A DNA stretch of 64,000 bases from Promethearchaeota archaeon (GTDB lineage Archaea; Asgardarchaeota; Lokiarchaeia; Sigyniarchaeales; SOKP01), in contig JAUVNS010000001.1 in assembly GCA_030599585.1 (NCBI GenBank), forward strand, positions 96,001-160,000, given 5' to 3'. This document shows positions 9,190-19,989 of the stretch, in pieces. The translations under genes were made by a program, and so were the position numbers. A model generated the notes under the pieces. The model was not told the origin of the DNA. It worked only from the letters and a program-made list of their open reading frames with translations, and did not search any database. Numbering within the stretch: the stretch's first letter is position 1; each line of letters starts with the position of its first letter.

Positions 9190-9831
9190 ATTATCTACAA
9201 AATATTTCTAATTGATAGCGACAGTGGGATTTCACTTCTAGAAACTACTTTTAAGGAATTAAAATATAAAAACAATGGTAATAATGTTATACCCGGTTTT
9301 TTTAATGAAATAAATGAGATAATCGATAAAATTCAAGCTGCTATGGTTAAGGGTAAAAATAAAGATGATATGACTAGAATTGTCGAATCGGAAAATTCTA
9401 CAATTATTATTGTTTACCATCCTCCCTCAAGGATTTTATATTGCTCTATTTCTGATGCTGATGATGATATAGATAAATTAATTAATGTAATTCATAAAAT
9501 ATCTAGTAGGTTCTTTAAAAAACATCAATCGGACCTAGCATTATTTAGAACTACTTCAGAGAAATCGAGATTTCAGACGATTAAAACGGATATAGAAAAT
9601 ATATGTCAAGGGGGGCGTATAGCTGAAGTCTTTCCAAGATTACTCGTGGGCGAGAAAGTCTTGCCCAAAATCGTTTCAATGGGGATGATTGACGACGAGG
9701 ACCTTCAAGTTGCCTTGAAATGCACTGGAAAAACCTCACCCTTAAGAATAGCAAGGGAGTTAGCTAAATCTCGGAACGACGTAAATAGCATCTTAAAAAA
9801 ATTAGAACAGTTAGATATCGTTAATTTCTAA
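9190..9831 (+). CDS. longin domain + winged-helix protein; start extended to ATT 9190 (track: ATG 9343)
   Basis: Frame open from 9184; upstream codons read IIYKIFLIDSDSGISLLE, a longin beta1-beta2 pattern; C-term wHTH (IARELAKSRNDVNSILKKL). Confidence 0.7.
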   Translation: MIYKIFLIDSDSGISLLETTFKELKYKNNGNNVIPGFFNEINEIIDKIQAAMVKGKNKDDMTRIVESENSTIIIVYHPPSRILYCSISDADDDIDKLINVIHKISSRFFKKHQSDLALFRTTSEKSRFQTIKTDIENICQGGRIAEVFPRLLVGEKVLPKIVSMGMIDDEDLQVALKCTGKTSPLRIARELAKSRNDVNSILKKLEQLDIVNF

Positions 9832-9992
9832 GGTCATTATCATTCTAATCCTTACCTTGAGGTATAAAGGTATTACTAATTAATTTATTTTGTAAGTTAA
9901 ACAATCTATAAATTCGATAGTAAATAGAAAAAAATAAAAGGTTGTTATATTTATCTAAATTACCTTAGAATCAATTATGTGATGTTTAGATT

Positions 9993-10607
9993 ATGGAGAG
10001 TAATAAAAAAATTGTAGCAATGGTAACTTCACCCGCGAAAGACGCTCATAAGCGAAAAGCGAAAGGATTTTCTTTAGGAGAAATACAAGAAGCGGGAAAA
10101 ACTGTTGAATTACTAAGAAAATTGAATGTTGATGTTGATTTTTTCAGAAAATCTAAACATGAAAACAATATTGAAAAACTTAGAACACTAAAAGATACAG
10201 GCAAAAAAGCGAAAAAGAAGAAGCCATACGAGGCTAAAGAGAAGAAAAGGACGCCTTTTAAACCAAGAGTTTCAAAACCAGAAAAGAAACCAGCTAAAAA
10301 AGTTGTAGCCGAGAAACCAGCTAAACCAACTAAAGCCGCTAAAAAGGCACCTGCTCCCAAAAAAGAGAAAGTTAAAAAAGAAGCAAAAGCTATAAAGAAA
10401 GAGCTTCCAAAAGCTGAAACAACAGCGTTAACTTCCCTTTCGGGCTTGGGTCCTGCCACTGCCAAAAAATTTGAAGAACTTGGAGTAAATTGTGCTGAAG
10501 AGCTTGTGAAAGAAGATCCTGCTGAGCTGGCTAAACTGATTAAAGGGGTTTCGGAAGAAAGAATTAAAAATTGGATTAAAGAATGTAAAGAATTACAACA
10601 AGAATAA
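9993..10607 (+). CDS. rpl13e: 50S ribosomal protein L13e with K/A/P-rich linker and C-terminal HhH domain
   Basis: RKAKGFSLGEIQEAG...VDFFRKSKHENN L13e signature; LSGLGPATAKKFEELGV HhH. Confidence 0.8.
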   Translation: MESNKKIVAMVTSPAKDAHKRKAKGFSLGEIQEAGKTVELLRKLNVDVDFFRKSKHENNIEKLRTLKDTGKKAKKKKPYEAKEKKRTPFKPRVSKPEKKPAKKVVAEKPAKPTKAAKKAPAPKKEKVKKEAKAIKKELPKAETTALTSLSGLGPATAKKFEELGVNCAEELVKEDPAELAKLIKGVSEERIKNWIKECKELQQE

Positions 10608-10741
10608 TCCTATTTGTATATTATAATCAAGTTCTCCTTTTTTGCATATTTTTATGGAAAATAAAGGTTTTTATTATTGTAAACTATTTTTTTGATATAT
10701 TAATATCATTTTTTAAATTTCCTAAGGAAATCAGTCTAATA

Positions 10742-11236
10742 ATGGAGTATAATTACTATACCTACGAAAAAAAGGAAGCTAACATAACAGTTCATAAATT
10801 AGCTAAATGGTTTATAGAAGAGAAGTTTGAAGGAGACATAAATGAAGGATATATCTCATTCCACTCTCAAAACGATTACGATGAGTTTTACGGTGCTAAT
10901 GCAAAAATGGAGATTCACTGGGAGAAAAAAGAGAGGGCCGGTTTTTTTCATGGAAAAGAAGTTCAAAATTCTATCGAGCTTTATAGTTCAATTGGATTTG
11001 TAATTATAAAGAAGGAGAGCGATTGGCTCCTTAGTCACGAATTTGTTACATGGTTCGGACAAAGAACTAAAATGATGAGGAAAAGATATTATCGAGAAAA
11101 ATGTATCCATGGTATATTCTATTGTGATGTTACTGAGCGTCTAATTAATATTCATGTTAATGTTATTGATAAGCATTTTGATAATTTTAAACCATTCGTC
11201 ATTAAATCTCTCAGCACCATTATATGTCACGAATGA
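10742..11236 (+). CDS. hypothetical protein
   Basis: 164-aa ORF, no recognised motif. Confidence 0.6.
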   Translation: MEYNYYTYEKKEANITVHKLAKWFIEEKFEGDINEGYISFHSQNDYDEFYGANAKMEIHWEKKERAGFFHGKEVQNSIELYSSIGFVIIKKESDWLLSHEFVTWFGQRTKMMRKRYYREKCIHGIFYCDVTERLINIHVNVIDKHFDNFKPFVIKSLSTIICHE

Positions 11237-11262
11237 AGTAAATTATTATTGTTATAGCTTTT

Positions 11263-12012
11263 TTACCTTCTCGCTCTTTTTTTGGCCAAAATAAAAAAAT
11301 TGTCTTTTTTATTAGGACCTCCTCTCTTCTTCATTTCCATAATTATATACATTTGTAACAATTTTTTCAATTCTTTACGCGAAAAGAAGTGATAAAATCG
11401 ATTGTAAGTCAAATTCTCTTTTGAAATTGTCCAAGGGACAAATTTGTCTCCAAAATCCTCTAACCCAAGCTTGTTTTGAGTCATCCTATAGTGAGAACTA
11501 TACAATCTTTTGAACCAATCGCGAACGAAATAATAACGATATTTTTTTTGATATTTTCTCCAAAGGGTTAAAAAAAATAATCCATTATCTTTTAAAATTG
11601 CGTATATTTGCTTTACAACGTGATTACGACTCTGGATGTTTTTAATATGGTGGATAGCTGCGATAGAAAAGATATTATCTATTGCTTCTGGTCGGATTGG
11701 TATAGCGTTGATATCGCTTTGGATTAGTTCTATTGATCTCCGTTCTTTCATTGTATAATTATGTCCCGTTTTTAATCTATTGCGAGTTATTTTCAGAAAT
11801 TCTATGGAATTATCAATACCGATAAGTTTAATGTCAGACTGTAAGAAAATTTTAAAATTTCGCCCATTAGCACATCCTAAATCAATATTGTATCCATTAA
11901 AGGATACATCTTTTTGAATGAGCTCATCAAAAAACAATTTAAAATCCTTCCATGGATAAAATCGTTTTTTATGATAATCGAGTGCCAAAATATCGTAAAT
12001 TTTCTTACTCAT
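11263..12012 (-). CDS. class I SAM methyltransferase, Trm9/ALKBH8-like
   Basis: DLGCANGRN, SIAAIHHI, FVPW, RFYHFF. Confidence 0.8.
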   Translation of the reverse strand: MSKKIYDILALDYHKKRFYPWKDFKLFFDELIQKDVSFNGYNIDLGCANGRNFKIFLQSDIKLIGIDNSIEFLKITRNRLKTGHNYTMKERRSIELIQSDINAIPIRPEAIDNIFSIAAIHHIKNIQSRNHVVKQIYAILKDNGLFFLTLWRKYQKKYRYYFVRDWFKRLYSSHYRMTQNKLGLEDFGDKFVPWTISKENLTYNRFYHFFSRKELKKLLQMYIIMEMKKRGGPNKKDNFFILAKKRARR

Positions 12013-12112
12013 TGTTCGAAGTAATTTAATTTAATGTAAATTTATTTGTAATTAGTACTTTTAATTCAGATATTATTAAATATTTATAAGCACCGTAGAT
12101 TGGGGGATAATA

Positions 12113-13693
12113 ATGAATGAAATAGTGAACACTGTAAACAATATAGTAGATTTCTTGAACGATGATGTCTATAATTTATATAGGATTTATGAGTCTTATG
12201 TACGAGATCTCATTATTTCTAAAAACGTAAATATTTCAGCGATCATCGATAACGAAACGGAAGAAGAGATAAATGATACGATATTTCAAATTATATCTGC
12301 TACAAATTCTGCGTTCGTGACGATTGGAGTATCTAAAAATAAAATTATGTCTAATCAAGACCTATTCCAAAATGACTTTTTAAGTAAGAGAGATATTTTT
12401 ACAAATTATCTTTCATTTTTACAAGTTGGATTAAAAGAATACATCAATAAACATCTATTCGTAATAATTATAGAGTATATAATCGATGCTGAGGATAAAA
12501 TCCTTGAAAATTTGGATTTATTTGATTTATTACCTAGAAATTTCCTTAGCAACTTAAGAATCCTCAGAAAGAAATATGCGATATCTGAAGAGAGTAAGAA
12601 AAGATTTAACATTTTTTATAATGAAATTGATACTTATTTCAATCCGTCAAATTTAACATTTAAGAAATTTGATTTTGAAATTCAAGAACTTAAAGAAGAT
12701 TTATCTGAAGACGCTATCTTAAAACGCTTACAAGAAGCTCGCGTGGATAATATAGAGGCTCTCCAGCAACCCACACATCGAGAGCGGGGAGAAGGTAGTG
12801 CGTCTCAAATCGAATCCCAATCGCTTTTATCTAATTTTTTAGATTTTCCCGCTGTAAGCCACTCAATATTAGAAAAGATTAAAGTTGACGTAAAGCAGTT
12901 AATAAATTTTGTTAATTCCTCACCAGAATTTTTAGATTTAGAGAATCTCTTTTATAGCATTAATATTATTAAAATGTTAGGACTAAGAAATCAGCTCGAA
13001 CCGGGATACATTAAAAAAATCATGAGTAATTACATAAATGGAGGAGTCTTCAGCACAGGAAGGTATCACATTCCGAATCCGATGAGTGTTTTTTATGGAT
13101 TGTCAATTCTTCACGAATTAGATATGTTAAATGGTGAAATTATTGATCTATTAAATATAGAAATGTTCCTTGAAAATGAATTAAATAATTTTGTTCCTGA
13201 GAATATAATTCTACACTTTTTTACAATCCTATGCTTTAAGATGCTAGAAAAAACGGGAGGAATTATAACGGACAAGAAATATTTAATGGCACCGCTTGCA
13301 AAAGTAGATGTATTTAATTTGGAAGGATTTAAACCAGCTTCAGAAATTTTCTATTTTCTAGGACTTCTAAGTTTATTAGATAAGAATGTTAGTTTCAGCA
13401 ATTTTAGAGAACCTTATTTGAGTACGCTTAAAAATAAAATATCGTCTGACGGTTCTCTTAATGAAAACATTACAGAAACTGCTAGAGCGTTGTTGAGTTT
13501 ACAATTATTAGGTTTACAGGATAAAGAATTGAATATCATTTCGGGATTTTTAAATTTCTTGAATCAAAATGTAAATATGTTTAAAGATGAAAGTAATTTT
13601 ACTGAATTCGATTGGAAAAATAATAAGATTGCTTTTAAAATAGAACTACGGATGCTTTTTTGGGTATTACTTGCATTTTCTCAGTATTTCTAG
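12113..13693 (+). CDS. hypothetical protein with prenyltransferase/squalene-cyclase-like alpha-alpha repeats
   Basis: NGGVFS...PNPMSVFYGLSIL, SSDGSL...ETARALLSL. Confidence 0.5.
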   Translation: MNEIVNTVNNIVDFLNDDVYNLYRIYESYVRDLIISKNVNISAIIDNETEEEINDTIFQIISATNSAFVTIGVSKNKIMSNQDLFQNDFLSKRDIFTNYLSFLQVGLKEYINKHLFVIIIEYIIDAEDKILENLDLFDLLPRNFLSNLRILRKKYAISEESKKRFNIFYNEIDTYFNPSNLTFKKFDFEIQELKEDLSEDAILKRLQEARVDNIEALQQPTHRERGEGSASQIESQSLLSNFLDFPAVSHSILEKIKVDVKQLINFVNSSPEFLDLENLFYSINIIKMLGLRNQLEPGYIKKIMSNYINGGVFSTGRYHIPNPMSVFYGLSILHELDMLNGEIIDLLNIEMFLENELNNFVPENIILHFFTILCFKMLEKTGGIITDKKYLMAPLAKVDVFNLEGFKPASEIFYFLGLLSLLDKNVSFSNFREPYLSTLKNKISSDGSLNENITETARALLSLQLLGLQDKELNIISGFLNFLNQNVNMFKDESNFTEFDWKNNKIAFKIELRMLFWVLLAFSQYF

Positions 13694-13708
13694 TGTAGTT
13701 TAAAAAAT

Positions 13709-14320
13709 TTATTCTAAATTAAAAATAGTCATGATAAAATTCCTCGCTGAGGGTATAATCTGTTTATTTTTAACGCTATTATTCCATTTTTTAATTAATT
13801 GATTATTTTTCGATAAATCTTGTATGACTTTACGACCTAATTTAATCCATTGTTCTAAATTAATAGTTGGATATTCTTCACTTATACCTCTGCAATATTG
13901 AATCCCCTTATCAGTGTAAAATATGTTGATCTCGCTTGTTTTCTTATCTTTGCCTTTTTGAATTGTAAATGTAAAAGGAAAAGTCCTACAAAATCCGGGT
14001 CTAAAAGAATAAATAGAACATCTCTCTTTAGCTTCATCGTAAAAAAAACATTTCCCATTTAATCTCTTTTTCAAACCAGTAAATGCCATTCCTCTTTCAG
14101 TTTGTATAGGTGGAACCACCATTCGATCTATTTCTTTTTCAGAGGGCGCCTGATCAAATACATAAAAGCCTAGAATTTCAAGTACTTCATCGATAGTTAG
14201 ATTTAATCCATTCTTTATTCGAAGAACATCTATGTATGTCGTATTTACAAGCGTATTTAAATCGGTACAACAGTGACCACAGTGTACACATTCAAACTTA
14301 AAGTTATTATTAATACCCAT
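13709..14320 (-). CDS. YkgJ family CxxCxxCC cluster protein
   Basis: CVHCGHCC, CFFYD, CSIYSFRPGFCRTFPF. Confidence 0.9.
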   Translation of the reverse strand: MGINNNFKFECVHCGHCCTDLNTLVNTTYIDVLRIKNGLNLTIDEVLEILGFYVFDQAPSEKEIDRMVVPPIQTERGMAFTGLKKRLNGKCFFYDEAKERCSIYSFRPGFCRTFPFTFTIQKGKDKKTSEINIFYTDKGIQYCRGISEEYPTINLEQWIKLGRKVIQDLSKNNQLIKKWNNSVKNKQIIPSARNFIMTIFNLE

Positions 14321-14356
14321 AAGTAGCTAATAGAATGCGAAAAAAGTAATAAATAT

Positions 14357-17300
14357 TTATTTATTTGATGGTATAATAATTTGCTTGTTTATGAGAGTTT
14401 CTATTGCATCTATTATGAGATCTTGATTTTTTTCGTGTACCACTTCAAATATAGTCTCCAGATGAAATTCCTGCTTATTCTTAGCGATCGAGTATATTAC
14501 ATTTAAGATTCGTGTTTCCATCGAATTTAACTCGCTTTCTTTTCTTAATCTTGCAATAAACTTAGCATCGTTGATTTTAAAAGCGTCTTTATAATATAAC
14601 TCTACATATTTTGTTATGATAGGAGGTAATTGTGCTTCAAACTCATGAATTGCTCCGTCCCAGCTTTCTATTAGCTGTGAAAGATCGAACATGATTCCAA
14701 GAGACAAATCTGATATCAATTTCTTCAATCGGTCTGAAGCTTTTTCATTGAGTAAAAAAATCATTCGTAAATCTTGTCGGTCACAGATTAGGCAATAAAA
14801 ATATTTAAAATCTAATTCTAAAATCGTCCTACTACCATCCGAGTCATCAAGATTGGTTGAATCACCATCGACTTCCCTTTTACCTACCATTTCTTCTCCA
14901 ACTGTAATAATAGCTTGGATGAAGCCTGAAAAAAGTTCTTTTTTGTGCTTCTCTAAAATAGAATAACTTTTTGAATAGAGTGGAATGCCGCTATACCTGT
15001 GTATGGCCACAATAGCTTGAATGTTCTGGATATCTTTGAATCTTTGGGTTTTTGACAGTAAATCTGCTTCTTTTCTCCTTCTTCGTGGTAAAATCACGTA
15101 AGATCTCAAGCTTAATATTCCTAAAACACTTATAATCGCCACTGCAATAAAGAATATAATAAACATTAATAACACAGGAAATTCTGGTTCGCCAATTACC
15201 AAGAGAAATGAAGATTGCATCGATTTATAAAGAACATTTTCTGTTGAAATAATTAAAGACACCTTAAAACTTCCATGGATATTTTCTGGGATCTCAAGTT
15301 CAATTTCATAAATTCCATTTCCTACTTCTTCAAAATTACCTAATCCAAAGTCCCACGAATACGAGATTGTAGTATTCTCAATAGAAATGGCTGAAATAAG
15401 TTCAGTTAAATTAATTCTAATGACTAAAGAATTTCCAGCAAGACTTTCAATTGAATCTTGAAAATCAATAGTATCAACTTTCATTTCTATTTGATTAACT
15501 AAAATCTGAAAGTAAAAGGTTGAGGATGTGTAATTCGGATGTAGAAACCTAACATAAACAGAATTAATCCCCAAATCGAAATTAGCAAGATCACATACAA
15601 CAGATGTGTTATACCAATAGTTAGCAGTTTGAGTAAAATCTTGATTATAACTACCAATAGCAATAATGGCACTACCACCATCAAGAAAAACTTTTTCTAC
15701 ATTTGCGAGAGCTCTTATTGATAGAGAGAATACGTCATAATATGTGATTTGAATTAAACTATTCGCATCAATTTCTTGTGAATCTATATATAACGACAAA
15801 TTAACTGTTTCAGCGGTTATAAAAAATTGGAATGAAAAATAAGCTTCAGAATAATTAGCTTGCTCAAATTTAACAGATACAGTATTGATTCCTAATTCAA
15901 AGTTAGCTCCATCTATTACAATATCTGTAGAAAACCACGTGAGATAAGTTACATTTTCATTAATGTTAAAAGAAAACATTTCACCTATTATGGTTATATT
16001 TCCTCCGGAAAGAAAAATACCCTCTCCCATAGCATATGCTTGTGCAGCAATTGTTATATTCTCCTTAAGCATTACTTCAATTAGAGCGTTTTCGAGGATA
16101 GATTGACTATTGATTGATACGTTAAGTTGGACTGATTGTTCTCTAACTAATAATTGAAATGAAAAGTATGTTGTTGTATAATTTTGCTTTTCGAATTTAA
16201 TTGAAACGGTATTAATCCCTGAACTGAAATTTATCGCTGAAAAAGTTAAGGATAAATTATACCAATTGGCTCCATATTCAATGAAATTTGTAATATAAAA
16301 TTCGCTATTCCAAGAAATGTAAGCCTCATCAATGTAATTCGAATCAATCTCACCATAGACTCTCGCAGAGATTGTTATATTTTGTTTAAACATTACTTCA
16401 ACTAACTGATCTTCTGCAATTTGTTGAGAATTCAAGTATAATGAAAAATCGACCGATTGTTCTTCTACAAGTAGTTGAAAATAAAAGATTTCGTGTTGGA
16501 AATTATCTTTTATGAATTCTATTGCTATACTGTTTAATCCTGGAGTATAATTTGATGGCACTATTTGAATTGATGTATTATACCAATCTGCTCCTACCTC
16601 AATTAGAGTTCTATCTTGATCTCCACCTTGCCAAGTTATTAACGCTCCATTTACATAATCTGCTTCAATTGTTGCGAATGCTTTTGCTGAAATAGTAATG
16701 CTTTCCATATACATTATTTCAACTATCTCATTCTCCAAAATTGGTTGAGAATTGATAAATACAGACAGATCGACTGGTTGCTCATATACTAACAATTGGA
16801 AATAGAATATATCGGTTTGATATTTATCCATTTCAAACTGTATCCCAATTAAATTTAATCCAGGTGAGTAAATTGATGGATTAAATTGAATGGAAGTATT
16901 ATACCAAAAATTAGAATATTCGTTTAATGTCTGTTCATAACTATTGATTTTCCACGAGAAATTTCCTCCCGTTAAAAGATTGTCATCAATCAAGGCTCTA
17001 GCTTGAGTAGAGATGTTTATCTCTTCCATAAATATAACTTCAATTATTGAATTTCGATAAATTTCTACATTATCAATATAAGCAGTGATATTGACACTCT
17101 GTTCTACAATCTCAAATTGATATATGTGCGTTTGAGGTTCAAAAGAAGGAGCAGAAAAATTGAAGTTAAGCTGTTTTATACCTAAGTTATTAGTAAATGA
17201 AGTATCAAATTCAATATTATAATAACCACCCGGTAAATTTTCAATGCTATATAGGTCAGGATTTGATATATTAACACCTACAGTCGCTCCATCAATTCCT

Positions 17301-19870
17301 TCGCTATCTAATAGTGAATAATATCTAAATTCTATTGTGCTATTTGCGTGCAACTCTATATTATAATCAGACTGAAGTCGTTGCACGTTAGTTTCCTCTC
17401 CAAGGTTAATTTTCAAAGTCAAATTATAATCTAAGAACCCTACTTTTGAAGATTCAATTAAAATCTCATAAAAACCATTTGATCCTAATAATGAAGTATC
17501 TAAAATGGTCTCATAAATTCCAAAACCGGCTTCTACAAAATCTACTGTTCCTGAGGTCCAATTATAGGAAATTAATGCATTTAAAATAAAATCATTGTTA
17601 TCAGAATCTGTTAAATTTACTTGTACGGGTATAATATCTCCAATAAATGCGTCTGTTATGGAATCAGAAATGGCATCATTAGGTTTAAGAAGTGAGAATG
17701 AACTCTGATGTATAACTAAAAAACTAGCGTTTAATCCCCCTATAGAAGTGCCATTAGACCAAAAGAGCGTGTAATCATATTGTCCTCCAGTTGTATTTAA
17801 TGCATCAAAAAATAACTCAGAAAAGAACACGCTTCCATTTGACAAGGGTGAATTTACTTCTGAATACCACTGATTTCCTTCGGGATCAAATATCGTTAAG
17901 TTTACTTCTGTTGAACCAAGATTATTAGGAATTTCACCGCTGTAATTTACTTGAGTTTTAATTCGTGTTGATTCGCCGGTATTAAAACTGGTGTGTGTCC
18001 ATTCACCTTGTTTCAACATTTTTGTATTTGTTATATCGAGATAATTTGGAGAGGTCGCTTTAAATGACCACCAACCAGGATAAAGCGCATTTGTTTTATT
18101 AATTTTTAATAATAAATCGCCAATATTTCCGTTTTCAAATGGTCGAGAAAGAAGAGTTGGGTCTAGAGCGTAGAGAAACTCCCAATTTACAGGTTTATCA
18201 ATTATAAATTCAAAATCCGAATACTGAGAAGGCATGTAGAAATTATGTGAAAAATACCAATATACTGAGCCATTTTCTAAGATTTCATAAGAGATTCCTT
18301 CAACTATAGTTTGCCCTACCCTTGAAGTAGTTTCGTGATATCCATACAAAAAAGTGTCCAATTCAAAAGTAAGCGAAGGTGAACTTGTATTTGCGGTAAG
18401 AACTACAGGATTTACACCCCAATTCCCCGTAATATTTAACTCTGATTCTCCCCATTGGTCTCCTTGAGTAAGAGAATACCCGTTTAACGTAAGATTTATA
18501 TCGCTTTGACTTGAATTTGCGAGCGTAATAAGTACTAAAGATAAATTATCAAACCAAAAGAGTTGTTGGAATCGTTCATCAAAACCGGAATATGTTATTG
18601 TACCACCACTCATAATACCAACTGAGATATTAAACTCTTGATTATTTTGAATTTCTTCAAATAAGCTCGAAGTATTCGACCATAAGTCTAGATGTATTTC
18701 TCCAGTACTTAACCAAGTTCGCCTACCACTTCCATCACCAACAATATCCCCTAAACCTTTAGAGTAAATTTTTTTATTATTTATCTCACAATACAAAAAA
18801 TTTTCGTTAGAATCCATTGCGTATTCAGCATAGTAATCGAAACTTATATAACCATCAATAATTTGGCCTCGAGGAATAGTTATGTTTTGATAGATTTCTG
18901 AAAAGTCGTTTTCGTAATAAGATACCTCTATCCTTCCGTCTCTGGCGGGATTTCCTACTAAGCTGACATACATCGCTGTTTCATTTTCCATGGTAGAAGA
19001 ACCAAAATTACCTCCTATTGTAGCATTATCATATCCCCAATGATCGAAGCTATCATAGTATTCTATACCGTCATAGATATATTCGTAATAGTCAATATCG
19101 TAACCCCACCATTGAACCGATCCATCGGAATCCATAGTAATTTTTATATTTGTTGTTTTAATCCAAGGGCTAAAAAATGATGCTTTATTTCCTGTGTCAA
19201 CATATTGTAGTATGTTATTCTCATCGTAAAAACAAACTATGTCCCAATCTTCTTCTATTTCAAATCTGTCAAAATGAACTCGTATTAATGACGCATTATT
19301 TTGAGTTATTTCACTATGGATGTTTGCAGGAGTAGCAGGATCTCGAGATAAATCCGCGGTGTAATTATGTCGAGGCGGAGATGTGTCTGGAATATTTGTT
19401 AACGATACATTTACTCTATAAGTAGAAACTTCTGAGTAGTCGTTGTTTTTAACCCATTCTCTTGTATCTTGAATGTTTCGGATGTTTGTTTCTATTTTTG
19501 ATATCTCCCAATCATGAACATCGTCGAGAGTGTAATTAATTTCGAGTTCTTCCTGACTCGTTAAAGAAATTAGTTGATTATTTTCATATAAGTTACCGTA
19601 ATCTGTTATATTTAAAGATATTTCATTTCCTTCAAATAAAATTGAATCAGAATCGGCAAGTAAGGGTGACTGGGAATAATAATTAAAGTCGCTGTCTATT
19701 TTTTTAATATTTTTGGAATTTGGAATGAGAAAACTACTTGAAAGAAATATACCTAATATAATAATAAGATAGGCTATTCTCAGAACTAATGATTTTTTTA
19801 AAAGTGAATTATTAGAAACCTTTTTCATACTATCCCCTGTTGTTAAATAAAAAATAATTATAAAACTCAT
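14357..19870 (-). CDS. giant membrane protein: CUB-like domain, Ig-like repeats, TM, cytoplasmic longin + wHTH
   Basis: IRVHFDRFEIEEDWDIV...MDSDGSVQWWGY (CUB-like); 5 repeats of about 107 aa; TM then PRRRRK; IQAIVAIHRYSGIPLYSKSY...LFSGFIQAI (longin). Confidence 0.8.
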   Translation of the reverse strand: MSFIIIFYLTTGDSMKKVSNNSLLKKSLVLRIAYLIIILGIFLSSSFLIPNSKNIKKIDSDFNYYSQSPLLADSDSILFEGNEISLNITDYGNLYENNQLISLTSQEELEINYTLDDVHDWEISKIETNIRNIQDTREWVKNNDYSEVSTYRVNVSLTNIPDTSPPRHNYTADLSRDPATPANIHSEITQNNASLIRVHFDRFEIEEDWDIVCFYDENNILQYVDTGNKASFFSPWIKTTNIKITMDSDGSVQWWGYDIDYYEYIYDGIEYYDSFDHWGYDNATIGGNFGSSTMENETAMYVSLVGNPARDGRIEVSYYENDFSEIYQNITIPRGQIIDGYISFDYYAEYAMDSNENFLYCEINNKKIYSKGLGDIVGDGSGRRTWLSTGEIHLDLWSNTSSLFEEIQNNQEFNISVGIMSGGTITYSGFDERFQQLFWFDNLSLVLITLANSSQSDINLTLNGYSLTQGDQWGESELNITGNWGVNPVVLTANTSSPSLTFELDTFLYGYHETTSRVGQTIVEGISYEILENGSVYWYFSHNFYMPSQYSDFEFIIDKPVNWEFLYALDPTLLSRPFENGNIGDLLLKINKTNALYPGWWSFKATSPNYLDITNTKMLKQGEWTHTSFNTGESTRIKTQVNYSGEIPNNLGSTEVNLTIFDPEGNQWYSEVNSPLSNGSVFFSELFFDALNTTGGQYDYTLFWSNGTSIGGLNASFLVIHQSSFSLLKPNDAISDSITDAFIGDIIPVQVNLTDSDNNDFILNALISYNWTSGTVDFVEAGFGIYETILDTSLLGSNGFYEILIESSKVGFLDYNLTLKINLGEETNVQRLQSDYNIELHANSTIEFRYYSLLDSEGIDGATVGVNISNPDLYSIENLPGGYYNIEFDTSFTNNLGIKQLNFNFSAPSFEPQTHIYQFEIVEQSVNITAYIDNVEIYRNSIIEVIFMEEINISTQARALIDDNLLTGGNFSWKINSYEQTLNEYSNFWYNTSIQFNPSIYSPGLNLIGIQFEMDKYQTDIFYFQLLVYEQPVDLSVFINSQPILENEIVEIMYMESITISAKAFATIEADYVNGALITWQGGDQDRTLIEVGADWYNTSIQIVPSNYTPGLNSIAIEFIKDNFQHEIFYFQLLVEEQSVDFSLYLNSQQIAEDQLVEVMFKQNITISARVYGEIDSNYIDEAYISWNSEFYITNFIEYGANWYNLSLTFSAINFSSGINTVSIKFEKQNYTTTYFSFQLLVREQSVQLNVSINSQSILENALIEVMLKENITIAAQAYAMGEGIFLSGGNITIIGEMFSFNINENVTYLTWFSTDIVIDGANFELGINTVSVKFEQANYSEAYFSFQFFITAETVNLSLYIDSQEIDANSLIQITYYDVFSLSIRALANVEKVFLDGGSAIIAIGSYNQDFTQTANYWYNTSVVCDLANFDLGINSVYVRFLHPNYTSSTFYFQILVNQIEMKVDTIDFQDSIESLAGNSLVIRINLTELISAISIENTTISYSWDFGLGNFEEVGNGIYEIELEIPENIHGSFKVSLIISTENVLYKSMQSSFLLVIGEPEFPVLLMFIIFFIAVAIISVLGILSLRSYVILPRRRRKEADLLSKTQRFKDIQNIQAIVAIHRYSGIPLYSKSYSILEKHKKELFSGFIQAIITVGEEMVGKREVDGDSTNLDDSDGSRTILELDFKYFYCLICDRQDLRMIFLLNEKASDRLKKLISDLSLGIMFDLSQLIESWDGAIHEFEAQLPPIITKYVELYYKDAFKINDAKFIARLRKESELNSMETRILNVIYSIAKNKQEFHLETIFEVVHEKNQDLIIDAIETLINKQIIIPSNK
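15494..17102 (-). repeat. five tandem ~107-aa Ig-like protein repeats (boundaries approximate)
   Basis: Recurring QSVxxxxxIxSQxI...WYNTSI...GxNxxxIxF...YFQLLV unit. Confidence 0.8.
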
Positions 19871-19989
19871 AAAAAATAAAATTAATAAATTTAAGGGAAT
19901 ATAAAATGAATCTCTATTCGAAATTTACTTTTTAGGAGTTTTAAAGTTTAAATTTAAGGAGTTTATGAATAATTTGCCAATTCTATTAG

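Noticed and set aside
12113-13693. Rab geranylgeranyltransferase for the local GTPases
   Set aside because: Only a weak repeat resemblance, no recognisable Zn/diphosphate motifs, and none of the GTPases ends in a CAAX/CC motif
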